A DNA stretch of 64,000 nt. Source: a bacterium. GTDB taxonomy: Bacteria; SM23-31. Positions 49,757 to 59,910 of the stretch are shown here, piece after piece. The notes under the pieces were generated by a model. That model made no database searches and was not told the origin of the DNA. It saw only the letters and a list, made by a program, of their open reading frames with translations. The DNA lies in the NCBI GenBank assembly GCA_965249485.1, contig OZ252239.1, forward strand, positions 640,001 to 704,000. The letters are read 5' to 3'. Numbering within the stretch: the first letter of the stretch is position 1; the number at the start of each line of letters is the position of its first letter. The position numbers and the translations under genes were made by a program.

Positions 49757-52700
49757 TTACACTATCGGCTGTTTTTTAGGACAGATCCATTGATAGTCGC
49801 AGTACTTGCAGTGATTTCCTTCGATTGGCTCAAATTTCTCATTCCTGATCAGAGAAGCAGTTTCACGTATGGTATCAAAAGCGCTTGACAGTTGCTGATC
49901 GGATCTTTGTGTTGTAATTGCTTCATTCGTTTCAAGATAATAGAATGTCAAATTTTCCGGAATGGAGCCATACTTCTGCTTCACAGCTTCTGCATAAATT
50001 GAAACCTGCAAATTGGTATCGGCATCTTTCTGTGATTTCGGTTTTCCAGTCTTATAGTCGATTATTTCAAATGTACCTGACTCGCGAATGTCAATCCGGT
50101 CAATCTTTCCGGCAACAATGGTTTCATCCAGTATAATTTGAAAATACTCCTCAACACTTTTCGGAGGGCGTAAACGGTTTTTATTCAGTTTGAAAAAATT
50201 CTCAAGCTGCTTTTCCCCCTTATTTCTGAATCGTGCCTCTTCGGCAGGATCCTTATAACCATCCGGCCTCCAACACGTTTCATACAAATTGAACAGGGTT
50301 TTTTCATCCGGTTTTTCACCATCGATTATGATCTGATAAAACCGTTGTAGTGTGTCATGGATTGTCTGTCCAAAGGTCGGCCATGCAGATTTTGGCGCCC
50401 TGATTTTAATCATATATCTGAATTTATATTTAAGCGGGCATTGCGTATACGTATCAATTTTCGAGTAGTCTAATTGTAATAGTTTGCGTTGTGCATTATC
50501 ACCATTCTGTTGCCTGGGAGTCGGAAGATTTGCAGGATGATACTCAGTTTCAGATAGTTCCAGCAGAGCAGACCTGATTATAGTTGGATCAGGTACCGCA
50601 TTGTGCGACTGGACATGTAAATCGATTGACCTCTTTATTGTTTCTTTAATATTATCCTTAGTAACAGCCATAAAATCTCCTAAATGGTTATTGTGAACTG
50701 AGCCGGGTATTCTATTGGAATTTATTTTTGATTGAGCTTCAGCATTTCCTGCTATTTTTGAAATGTCCACTATGACAGATTCCAACCGTGGATCCTTGAG
50801 CAGTTCGTTGACAAAAGGGGAACGGGGTGATCCATGTCTGCTGATTGCAGAAAGATAAAGCTTCAGCCGGGTACGTGTCATGGCAACATAAAAAAGCCTC
50901 CGCTCTTCTTGTAGATGGAAATCACCTTCAGGAATCTTCTCTTTCATAAGCGTCAAAGGAAAAGGCACCATGTCCCTTCGCCTAGTAGTCGGAAACCTCC
51001 TACTTTGCAGCGATATCAAAAAGACTGTGTCAAATTCAAGCCCTTTTGCTGCATGAACGGTTAAAAACTTTACAACACCTTCTTCAAAGACAGACGTCTC
51101 CGGTCGTTCGGTTTCTCCCCCAGCAAGTATGAAGTAATCGAGAAACTCGATGAATCCTTCAAGGCTCTTATCCTCGTTGTTTTCTTCCTGTTCTAACACA
51201 AAATTGTACAGGCTGATTATTTCCTCTAAAATGAAGGTATTATCTCTTGCTGACCTGTCAGTCATCAAAGCTGTGTTGTATGCATGAGAGATTATTTTTT
51301 GAAGCATTTTTGCAGCTGTGATGCTGCCCGAATTGTTTACAAGCGGTTTTAGAAATGTCTGAAATTTTCGTACAGTTACACTACCTGATTCAGAAAGGAT
51401 AGATTCTGGTCGCTCAAGGTGAATTATGCCCTGAGGGAGGTAGTCAAGTTCTTGAAGTTCAGATAAAAGACTTATAATATCGGTAGTTGAGAGCTGCCAG
51501 AACGGGTGTTGAAATATAGAGTAGAGATATTTGTAATCGGCAGTGTTATTCAACAGATGGAGCATAGATACTAAAAACTTGTTCTCGCTCAGATATAATA
51601 ACGGATCGCCCGTTGCAATAGTACACGGTATTTCACGGTGTCGGCACGCTTTATAGAGAAGCTTTCCGTGTGCATGTGCTCTGTAGAGGACAGCAGTCGT
51701 CTTTGATTGAGTTCTATTTCCGTTCTTATGGCATTCATTGAGCAGGTCTGCAATCTTTTCAGCTTCTTCCAGGGGGCTGACGCTTTCAATATACTGCACT
51801 GGTATTCCATTTTCGCCAGTTGCGGTGATTTTTTTATCTGGATACAATCTGGACTTGCTGTTATGCTGAATCGATAATCCCGCACAGGTCAGGATGTTGC
51901 GTGTTGAACGGTAGTTTCTATCGAGCATTATCTCCTTGCATCCGGGGAAGAGTGTTCGGAACCTCTTAAAGCTCGCATAAGATGCACCGCGAAACCGGTA
52001 AATTGCCTGATCGTCATCTCCGACTACGCACAGGTTTTTGTGGTTCCGTGCGAGGAGTGCAATAGTCTCTATTTGGGCGCTATTTGTGTCCTGATATTCA
52101 TCAACAACAATGTGAGTATAGCGGTTTTGGAGCTGTTTCAAAACATCAGTGTTGGATTTGAGCAAGTTATAAACCTTAATAATCTGGTCACCATAATCAA
52201 GATATCCTTTTTCTGCAAGAAGTTTCTCGTATTCGGTATATATACATGCACATTCCTCAAGCTGTTTGGAGTACAGAATGAGATCACTATTTTCCGATTC
52301 TGTGTTTTCGGTGGAGCTGTTAATTTCGGATGAGATTTTCTGAGCAAATTTGTACAATTCATGGGGCAATACCAGCTCATCTTTTGCCCGGGAGATAAAA
52401 GCCCTTATTCCCATTATGGTCGATAATGGGTCATACGAATCAAGAAAGTGTTTCGGTTTTAGACGTGAAAAAAGTTTCCTTAATTCAATTATTTGTCTGA
52501 TATCGTCAAGCAGTTTATAGTGTGTCGGAATTCCGGCAAGGTATCCATATTGACGCACAATCGAATCGCAGAATGAGTTGAATGTTGTAATGTGAACGGG
52601 AGAGTCCGGATGTTTGAGGTGTTCGTTCAATCTGTTCTTCATCTCTTCAGCAGCTTTGTTGCTGAATGTTAATCCTGCAATGTTTTCTGAGGCAACTTTT

Positions 52701-52828
52701 TTTGTATTGATGAGATAGGCAATTTTGTGAATTATGACACGGGTTTTACCGGTGCCCGCTCCTGCTGTTATCATGAGTGGGCCTTCGCTATACTCTACAG
52801 CTTCTTTCTGCCTGTTATTCAGTTCCAT
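49757..52828 (-). CDS. UvrD/PcrA-family helicase fused to a PD-(D/E)XK nuclease
   Basis: AGAGTGKT, DEYQD, GDDDQAIYRFRGA, TVHAAKGLEF, EERRLFYVA; C-terminal CP, GKIDRID, IIDYKTG, CxxCxxxxxC. Confidence 0.92.
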   Translation of the reverse strand: MELNNRQKEAVEYSEGPLMITAGAGTGKTRVIIHKIAYLINTKKVASENIAGLTFSNKAAEEMKNRLNEHLKHPDSPVHITTFNSFCDSIVRQYGYLAGIPTHYKLLDDIRQIIELRKLFSRLKPKHFLDSYDPLSTIMGIRAFISRAKDELVLPHELYKFAQKISSEINSSTENTESENSDLILYSKQLEECACIYTEYEKLLAEKGYLDYGDQIIKVYNLLKSNTDVLKQLQNRYTHIVVDEYQDTNSAQIETIALLARNHKNLCVVGDDDQAIYRFRGASYASFKRFRTLFPGCKEIMLDRNYRSTRNILTCAGLSIQHNSKSRLYPDKKITATGENGIPVQYIESVSPLEEAEKIADLLNECHKNGNRTQSKTTAVLYRAHAHGKLLYKACRHREIPCTIATGDPLLYLSENKFLVSMLHLLNNTADYKYLYSIFQHPFWQLSTTDIISLLSELQELDYLPQGIIHLERPESILSESGSVTVRKFQTFLKPLVNNSGSITAAKMLQKIISHAYNTALMTDRSARDNTFILEEIISLYNFVLEQEENNEDKSLEGFIEFLDYFILAGGETERPETSVFEEGVVKFLTVHAAKGLEFDTVFLISLQSRRFPTTRRRDMVPFPLTLMKEKIPEGDFHLQEERRLFYVAMTRTRLKLYLSAISRHGSPRSPFVNELLKDPRLESVIVDISKIAGNAEAQSKINSNRIPGSVHNNHLGDFMAVTKDNIKETIKRSIDLHVQSHNAVPDPTIIRSALLELSETEYHPANLPTPRQQNGDNAQRKLLQLDYSKIDTYTQCPLKYKFRYMIKIRAPKSAWPTFGQTIHDTLQRFYQIIIDGEKPDEKTLFNLYETCWRPDGYKDPAEEARFRNKGEKQLENFFKLNKNRLRPPKSVEEYFQIILDETIVAGKIDRIDIRESGTFEIIDYKTGKPKSQKDADTNLQVSIYAEAVKQKYGSIPENLTFYYLETNEAITTQRSDQQLSSAFDTIRETASLIRNEKFEPIEGNHCKYCDYQWICPKKQPIV

Positions 52829-53053
52829 ATTGTTCTATTCTTAGATAGTCATAACCTTGCAATAAAGCCGTTAAAAATTGATACATTTTGTCTAGCATAC
52901 CTCTCAAAATATCATGTACGTAACAATTTCGGTTAGCAAACGATACTATTTTTTTTTGAAAATATAAAGATAAAATGCAGAGGAGTAATTGTTTTAAATC
53001 CGAAAGAATTTGTATTGATTATAGCTTGTAAAATAAGGAGAGTGAAATCTTTA

Positions 53054-55864
53054 TTAAAAATGGAACTGCAAACCTGTCCAGACTTCGCGGGGCAATTGGA
53101 AGAGTGATTTTAATTTGATGAAATCGGAAAGAAAATTATTGTAGGCGGCCTCCTGCTCACTTTCGTCAAGCACTCCATCATTATTCAGATCTGCTACGGG
53201 GTTGTAAAGTAATTCAGGAGGTGTTTCTCCATTTTCTGTCCAGATGGTACGAGAATCGATAATTTCCGCAGAAAAGAGTGGGCTACCGGTGCGGGAATAA
53301 TTTGCAATGGGCTCTACTCTGTTAATTAAATTTTTAATATCGAGAAAAAACGTAAAGTTTGATAATCGGTTAGAAATATATTTTTGGAGCCGGATGTTTG
53401 TGTTAAAAAACCAAGGATATCTATTTGAATTAATTCCATTGTTCAATAATCCTGCTAAAGCAGTGTTCGTATATGGAGTACCCGATTCTGCAAATCCAGT
53501 AAGATTTGCAGTGACATTCTGCAAGGGCTTCATTCCGAACAGACTTGGTCCACTGTTTTCTGGAATTACATAATTGAATACTGCTCTGAAACTGTGGCGT
53601 CGATCGAATGGAAGTGGGAAAAATCCCTGTTCTGAATCGGTTTGCAGTAATTGCTGCGTTGCAAGAATGCCATTCAAATCGTTCAGTGTTCCTAGGAGAT
53701 TTCTTTCTACCTGATACGGTGAAATATACATATACGATCCACGGGCAGAGGAAATTGTATACGATGCCCGCATTCCGAAATGCAGCCCAAGGTTTTTTAC
53801 GAAGTTAAGTTCAAGACCCATCGTTTTCCCTACACCAATATCATCATATTTCGGAGCAATATCGGTGCTACTAATGGTCGTGTTGGCTACTTCAATCTGA
53901 TGCAGTGTTTTATAAAAGCCGGTAGCACTTATTTGAGTTTGGTCCGAAACAGAATAGTGTAACCCAGCTTCATATACAATGCTTTTTTGCGGATCGAGCG
54001 TCGGATTTCCGGTTAAACTTTCTGTTGCCGGACGGAAAAGATTTTGGCCGTTGCGTGAATAAAGTCCATGAAACGTAGGCAATTGAAAATGCCAGCCGAA
54101 ATTTGCATGGGTAATAAGCTTGTTCCGGAATTCATAAGAAATTCCTGCTCTCGGGCTTAACCGTAGTTTTTGATTGCCTATCTGGGTTAAATTATGCGGA
54201 CTGTACAACGAATAGTCTGTCCGGGGATCGAAGAAATGCAGCCTGAATCCGGTATCGACAAAGAATTTTCCAATATTGATTGAACTGCCAGTATAGGCAC
54301 TGATGTCATATGGTTCGTTTTCATATGCATCCAGTTCATTTGCGGCACTGACAACGGAACTGCTGGTAAATCGCCCTTTTGCTTTGTAAAGCTTTGACTC
54401 AATTCCTGCGCGAAATTGCAGATAATCCCTAAACTGGGAAACGACCTTTAATTTTGCACCGAAATACTGTGACCGGGTTGCCCAATACGAATCCAACTGG
54501 CCGTTGCTGATGAAAACATTATTGACACCGTAAGGATTGTCAGTTCCTATCTCAAACTGAACATCTTTGTCCAGGAGGGGCTGAACATCGTAATCAAGAG
54601 ACCAAAAACTTTCACCACTTTCATTCGCAAGTCCCCGTTCCGTCTGAGAATCAACCATTTCAACTGTGGCTTCATAAAATAGACGTTGAGAGAGAGAATG
54701 AGTAAACCGGATATAACCGAATGCGTTCTGCCTGATAAATGACGGAAGAGCATTGCTAAAAGAATTGTACCGCCATAACCAGGAATCTTCCTCTTGATTC
54801 AATCTGCCGAACAGACCTGCGGCAGTGATTTTCATGTTCGGATTGATTTGGTGAACGGCTTTACCGAAAAAGCCGTATTGTGTCAGTCTGTTATGCTGGT
54901 AATCGGTAATATTATTGCCGGCCGGATCACGTACATCGAGTCCCGGAGTCCTGTTCGACTGAGCATTAAATTTTCCTGAAATGAATAGGCTTATATCCTT
55001 TTTAAAAATAAGAACCGGACCGCCGGCAGCAAATTCAACAATTTTCTCTCCCCGTGGGTTGAGTTTGAAATCGCCGTTTTCACCGTTTAGGGCCGAAATA
55101 GAATTTTTTAATCGGATATCTCCGGTCCAGGTATCGCCGCCCTCTTTTGTTATGAGGTTGACAACTCCGGACATTACATTTCCATATTCAGCATTAAATC
55201 CCCCCGTTTTGACCTGAATTTCCTTGAGTGATAAATTGTTCAAGAACGATTCGTATGACAGTCCTCCAAAAAGGGGGTCACGAGTGGAGATACCATCGAT
55301 TTGGAAGTCGATATCTGATGGTCTCCCTCCTCTGATGGTGTTATCCCTGCCAATTCCCGGAATAGTAGCGATAATATCGGTCGGAGTTTCGCCGAAGCTA
55401 TTTAAAATTTCGTCTTCAAACAGAATATGATTTGTCCCGGAAGCATACTTTCCGATACCGCTTCGCTGCGCTGTAACCACAACTTCATTTCCTAACTCAA
55501 GAGTAGTCGGATTCAGTTCGATATCTACACTTGTAGCAAGGCCGGCGCTTACCCAGATATTTGTAACTTTGACGGTTGTATATCCTATGAAGCTTGTAGA
55601 AAGCTCATGAAGCCCGACAGGTACACCCAGCACAAAATATTCGCCCTTGAAATTCGTTGATGAGCCGAGTAAACTGTTATCCAGAATAATATTTACACTT
55701 GGGAGGAGATCTCCGGTTTTAGCATCAACGACCCTGCCTATAATTTTACCGTACGTTTGTCCGTACGCTGCATTCGAAATACCATCCGACCAAAGGCTCC
55801 CGATGAGCAGAGTAAAAAATACCAATCCGAATAAGATTTGAGATTTATCTCTGAGTGAGTACAT
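53054..55864 (-). CDS. TonB-dependent receptor with CarboxypepD_reg-like N-terminal domain
   Basis: GKIIGRVVDAKTG, IRGGR, GGFNAEYG...SGVVNLITKEG plug, LSPR, GNPxL, terminal F; likely ATG 55864. Confidence 0.9.
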   Translation of the reverse strand: MYSLRDKSQILFGLVFFTLLIGSLWSDGISNAAYGQTYGKIIGRVVDAKTGDLLPSVNIILDNSLLGSSTNFKGEYFVLGVPVGLHELSTSFIGYTTVKVTNIWVSAGLATSVDIELNPTTLELGNEVVVTAQRSGIGKYASGTNHILFEDEILNSFGETPTDIIATIPGIGRDNTIRGGRPSDIDFQIDGISTRDPLFGGLSYESFLNNLSLKEIQVKTGGFNAEYGNVMSGVVNLITKEGGDTWTGDIRLKNSISALNGENGDFKLNPRGEKIVEFAAGGPVLIFKKDISLFISGKFNAQSNRTPGLDVRDPAGNNITDYQHNRLTQYGFFGKAVHQINPNMKITAAGLFGRLNQEEDSWLWRYNSFSNALPSFIRQNAFGYIRFTHSLSQRLFYEATVEMVDSQTERGLANESGESFWSLDYDVQPLLDKDVQFEIGTDNPYGVNNVFISNGQLDSYWATRSQYFGAKLKVVSQFRDYLQFRAGIESKLYKAKGRFTSSSVVSAANELDAYENEPYDISAYTGSSINIGKFFVDTGFRLHFFDPRTDYSLYSPHNLTQIGNQKLRLSPRAGISYEFRNKLITHANFGWHFQLPTFHGLYSRNGQNLFRPATESLTGNPTLDPQKSIVYEAGLHYSVSDQTQISATGFYKTLHQIEVANTTISSTDIAPKYDDIGVGKTMGLELNFVKNLGLHFGMRASYTISSARGSYMYISPYQVERNLLGTLNDLNGILATQQLLQTDSEQGFFPLPFDRRHSFRAVFNYVIPENSGPSLFGMKPLQNVTANLTGFAESGTPYTNTALAGLLNNGINSNRYPWFFNTNIRLQKYISNRLSNFTFFLDIKNLINRVEPIANYSRTGSPLFSAEIIDSRTIWTENGETPPELLYNPVADLNNDGVLDESEQEAAYNNFLSDFIKLKSLFQLPREVWTGLQFHF

Positions 55865-55982
55865 TATGTTTGGTACTGGTCTACAATGAGTGTAATGCTC
55901 TATCAAGAATGCATCAATGTCTGCAAAACTCTGCTTGCTACAGGCGCATCCCCGCACTCAATTATTAGAGTATTATAAAATG

Positions 55983-55998
55983 AGCAAACATTGTGCCA
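55983..55998 (-). promoter_or_regulatory. sigma54 promoter of the TonB-dependent receptor
   Basis: Minus strand TGGCAC-AATGT-TTGCT, a full consensus match. Confidence 0.8.
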
Positions 55999-56270
55999 TG
56001 CTTAATCTAGCATATGGTAAGGACATAAACTTAATAATAACAGTTGTTTACTATTTTGTCTTGTGTGCGTTATTTCGTTAAGGTGCAACTCCTTGCACGG
56101 CAGGAAAATGCAGTGTACTATGATGATTGTTAAACATCAAAGCATAAAGTATATAATACTCGGAAGACATTCACTTATTCAAAATTAAATTGAATTGGTG
56201 AATAAATACATTGCATTTAGATAAAGAGTGTGTAATTTTTATGAGACTTATCTCATTCCAAGTAACGTGC

Positions 56271-57503
56271 ATGAGCAAGAAACGATTGAATTCACACAAA
56301 CGGTTTAAAATAGGTCCCGGCCTGATTGTAACAGCTGCGTTTATTGGGCCAGGAACAGTGACAACCTGTACACTTGCTGGAGCCAGTTACGGCTATTCAC
56401 TCCTCTGGGCAATCATATTTGCCGTTATCGCAACATATGTCCTTCAGGAGATGAGCGGACGTGTAGGACTTGCCGGAAAAACTGGTCTCGGTGAAGCGAT
56501 TTATAATGAGTTAACAGGTAAAACGGCTCGAATTTTTGGCATTGTCATGATTGTTGTCGCTGTAGGTATAGGCAATGCGACACTTCAGACAGGAAATATT
56601 CTGGGCGCAAGCCTCGGCCTTAGTGCTCTAACGGGTATACCTGATACGGTGTGGCCGCTTATTGTCGGAGGCTGTGCGTTTGTGCTTCTTTGGTTCGGGA
56701 CATATAAATCACTTGAAAAAATATTTATCGGAATTGTTGTTTTGATGAGCTGCTGTTTCATTATAACCGCGGCTGTTATTCGGCCCGATTTTTCGAGTAT
56801 TCTTCGGGGTGCCTTCGTACCCAGGCTCACCGATTCAAACTTCTATATAGCACTTGGTCTTGTTGGAACAACTATTGTTCCATACAACTTTTTTATATAT
56901 GCATCCGCCGTGCAACAAAAGTGGGGCGGAGTCGAATCAATAAAATCAGCACGGCTCGACATGTTAATTGCGGTTTGCATTGGCGGATTAATATCGATGG
57001 CTATTATTATTACATCATCGGCGGCATTTTATGGTTCAGGGACTTCCATTTCGAGCGCAGGTGATATGGCGCTACAGCTTGAACCGCTCCTCGGTACCTG
57101 GGCACGTGCAGCGGTAGCGCTCGGTCTTTTTGGAGCGGGTATGTCATCGGCAACAACGGCACCGCTCGGTGCAGCGATTGCTATCACAGGCGTGTTTCGG
57201 TGGGAACAGAATATGAAGTCTTTTCGCTTCCGGGCCGTTTGGTGTTCAGTACTGGCTACAGGTGTACTGTTTGCTTCAATCGGATTGCAACCGGTTCCGG
57301 CTATTATTTTTGCTCAGGCTGCAAACGGTGTACTGATTCCAGTAGTTTCTCTGTTTTTACTCTACGTAGTTAATAAAAAGCGGCTGCTTGGTAGGCACAT
57401 TAATTCTACAATGGGTAATACAATTGCCGGTGTGATCCTTCTGATTACTCTTGTGCTCGCTGCGAGAGGTGTAATGCGGCTTGTAGATTTTATTGGTTTC
57501 TAA
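56271..57503 (+). CDS. Nramp-related (YcsG-like) membrane transporter
   Basis: GPG...AAFIGPGTVT, GYSLLW, LVGTTIVPYNFF; multi-TM; start uncertain (56241 or 56271). Confidence 0.85.
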   Translation: MSKKRLNSHKRFKIGPGLIVTAAFIGPGTVTTCTLAGASYGYSLLWAIIFAVIATYVLQEMSGRVGLAGKTGLGEAIYNELTGKTARIFGIVMIVVAVGIGNATLQTGNILGASLGLSALTGIPDTVWPLIVGGCAFVLLWFGTYKSLEKIFIGIVVLMSCCFIITAAVIRPDFSSILRGAFVPRLTDSNFYIALGLVGTTIVPYNFFIYASAVQQKWGGVESIKSARLDMLIAVCIGGLISMAIIITSSAAFYGSGTSISSAGDMALQLEPLLGTWARAAVALGLFGAGMSSATTAPLGAAIAITGVFRWEQNMKSFRFRAVWCSVLATGVLFASIGLQPVPAIIFAQAANGVLIPVVSLFLLYVVNKKRLLGRHINSTMGNTIAGVILLITLVLAARGVMRLVDFIGF

Positions 57504-57543
57504 AGCAATATCACTTTCAACATGGAAACATTACATTTCTGAA

Positions 57544-58458
57544 TCAATTGCCGCATTTTCCATTGCTTTTCATGCAGTAGTGGTAGCACTCGGTATGGGT
57601 AAGTGCCACAGAATCGTCAAGTGAGCGCTCAAGACTCTGCCCCATTTCGAACTGGGGATCGTAAAGAATGGGACAGGGTAAGACCATTTTTTTATTGCCT
57701 ATTTTCTGTATTGACCGCCCGTTATAACACTGCGGCAGCATATTTTCCGGTGTGTTATCAATCTCTGTTTGCGTAATCTTAACAAAATCGTGTTTCGCTT
57801 CGGCCCTCTTGGTCTGGGCTCCCATTTCAAGTATCGCAGGAATGACTTTTACAGAAACAGAAATTCCCTCTTTGAAGAAAAGATCCCGATAGATTCGCCT
57901 GACTTGCGTTTCGGTTAGGGTTGTGCCCCGGTAAACTTCTGCCGTCGGTGTAATGATGATATTTTCAAAGCCGGCATCCGTGAGCTGTCTGACAGTTTCG
58001 AATGTTTCGTTGAATTTACCACTGCCGCGAATGAGATCGTGGCGTGCAGCTTGATAATGGTCGAGGCTAATACGAAGTGATAGTTCATGCGGTATAGATT
58101 TGTCTAGTTCAATAATACTGTCAATATGTTTCCTAAGCAGTTTTGTCCCGTTGGTCAGAATCGTTGTGTTAGCAATGGGTAATGCGGATTCTATCATCTG
58201 TATAATTTCTTTATTAATAAACGGTTCGCCACCGGTAAAGTAAATCTGCTCAACGCCATAATTTGCTGCGGTTTTTAGTTCTTCTACAATATCATCGTGA
58301 GTCAGTTGATTGATGAAATCGTTTTTAGGATTACTATCGACATAACAGTGGATGCAGGAAAGATTGCATCGGCTGCCCGTGTTGATCCACAGCTCATCTA
58401 TTTTTTTTCTTCCGTTATTTTGCTTAAAGGAAATTTTTCCAAAATTATTCGTATTCAT
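57544..58458 (-). CDS. Radical SAM protein, ArsS-like context
   Basis: CNLSCIHC, FTGGEP, LTNGT, ISLD, Cys-rich C-terminus; ATG overlaps the methyltransferase TGA. Confidence 0.88.
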   Translation of the reverse strand: MNTNNFGKISFKQNNGRKKIDELWINTGSRCNLSCIHCYVDSNPKNDFINQLTHDDIVEELKTAANYGVEQIYFTGGEPFINKEIIQMIESALPIANTTILTNGTKLLRKHIDSIIELDKSIPHELSLRISLDHYQAARHDLIRGSGKFNETFETVRQLTDAGFENIIITPTAEVYRGTTLTETQVRRIYRDLFFKEGISVSVKVIPAILEMGAQTKRAEAKHDFVKITQTEIDNTPENMLPQCYNGRSIQKIGNKKMVLPCPILYDPQFEMGQSLERSLDDSVALTHTECYHYCMKSNGKCGN

Positions 58459-59603
58459 CAACAACAGGCTCCTATTTGTTCATCATCGTTTTCAATGTTT
58501 TGTGAAGATGGCTCATCTCCACAAGGAAAAATGCCGAAATGGCTGCCCGGTTCAGACACAGTAAAAAAGTTATTCAACCGTGTGTCCTTCAGCATCCGTG
58601 CCGTATTTCTACACACTTTTTCCGGTTTATTCCGTTCGAACACATGGTGGTCGTCAAGTGTGAACCGTGCCGGGCTGTCCGGAAGATACCCATTATAAAT
58701 GGCAGTTTGTCCGTAATCCTCACATTGATTATCCACAGGAGGCAAATGCCGTGTGGTCGGCGATGTTTCTGGTTCGGTAATTTTAAATGCTCTGATCTCA
58801 GCACTGTATACACCCACGGGGTAACCCTCTACTTCGTCTTTGAATTTTGTCTGCTTTACAATTCTCGGATCTGAAAATCCAGTATATTTCATAATTACCA
58901 TCAGGTCATCTATATAGAGTGCCCCGCCGACACATTCGCCAAGCAGACGGGCGAAAAGCTGTGGGTCCTCAAAGAGATCGAGCGGCAGCCGCCTGTCGAG
59001 AACAATATCGGAGAAATAGAGTTCGCCGCCTTCTTTGAGTTTACTAAAGACCGCTTCAAATACTTTTTCTTTCTTGGGCGACAGGTTGATCACACAATTC
59101 GAAACAACGAGGTCGAGGCTGTTGTTTTCAATCGATGAACCTAATTCAATATAATCTTGATGGAAATCAACATTCGATTTGGGATAGTTAAATGCTTTCA
59201 TGACCGCCGGTTTGAAAGATTCTGCACGGTTAAGCTGATCATCAGCCATATCGATACCGATAACAGAGCCGCCGGGGCCGACAAGATGGGCAAGAGTAAA
59301 ACAGTCGACACCCGAACCACATCCCCAATCTGCAACCGTGAGTCCGCTTAAGTCATCTCGTGGGATAGTTGTTCCACAGCCATAGTTGTGCTGTAGCAGC
59401 GTATCGGGTAGCAATTCATAGATTGAGGTAAGCCGGCCATCACTGGGGATACAGCATGCACCCTGTTCAAAATCATCATTTGTCTTTATTACCTTTTCAT
59501 AAAAGTGTTTGACAAAAGTCCGGATTTCCTCAGCCTTCTGTACTACTCCGTTGCTGTTTTTTTTAAACAACTCTACTGTATCTAATTCTAATTTCTTCTG
59601 CAT
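58458..59603 (-). CDS. arsM: Arsenite methyltransferase-like (ArsM/AS3MT)
   Basis: SAM motif DWGCGSG; four ArsM-type Cys positions (ACC, YGCG, SNCVINL, GECVGGA); C-terminal CEDYGQ..HFGIFPC, ending in CC. Confidence 0.8.
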   Translation of the reverse strand: MQKKLELDTVELFKKNSNGVVQKAEEIRTFVKHFYEKVIKTNDDFEQGACCIPSDGRLTSIYELLPDTLLQHNYGCGTTIPRDDLSGLTVADWGCGSGVDCFTLAHLVGPGGSVIGIDMADDQLNRAESFKPAVMKAFNYPKSNVDFHQDYIELGSSIENNSLDLVVSNCVINLSPKKEKVFEAVFSKLKEGGELYFSDIVLDRRLPLDLFEDPQLFARLLGECVGGALYIDDLMVIMKYTGFSDPRIVKQTKFKDEVEGYPVGVYSAEIRAFKITEPETSPTTRHLPPVDNQCEDYGQTAIYNGYLPDSPARFTLDDHHVFERNKPEKVCRNTARMLKDTRLNNFFTVSEPGSHFGIFPCGDEPSSQNIENDDEQIGACC

Positions 59604-59843
59604 ACCACATACTCCAAAAATCTTGTTACTATGTCAATGGAAAAACCGGGAATCTAATGAATGAATCATATGAAGGAGTCGACGTTTATATAATTCATAA
59701 AGCAATATTTAAAAAGATGAGAAAATCAACTATAACAGTACAAGAACAAAATTTACTTCCGTTTGGTTTCCAAAAATTTTACTATGTTAACACTTTTTAG
59801 AAAAAGAACCAAAGAATTTTAAAATAAGTTTCAAAAATAATAA

Positions 59844-59884
59844 AACCATACAAAAACAAGGTTTGCCCCTGTTTCTGTATGGTT
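59844..59884 (-). terminator. Hairpin terminator after the SufT-like gene
   Basis: AACCATACAGAAACAGG...CCTTGTTTTTGTATGGTT followed by a T-rich tail on the minus strand. Confidence 0.65.
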
Positions 59885-59910
59885 AAATAGTTGTGGTAAT
59901 ACTCAAATTA

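Noticed and set aside
55865..55971. TPP, cobalamin or c-di-GMP riboswitch before the TonB-dependent receptor
   Set aside because: Core motifs such as CUGAGA, the B12 box or the GEMM GGCAAAC/GAAA pattern were not found.
58455..58466. TGT TGT TGA TGA at the end of the ArsM-like gene as selenocysteine readthrough
   Set aside because: The second TGA arises from the overlapping ATG AAT of the next gene; terminal CC is normal for ArsM; no SECIS-like hairpin recognised.
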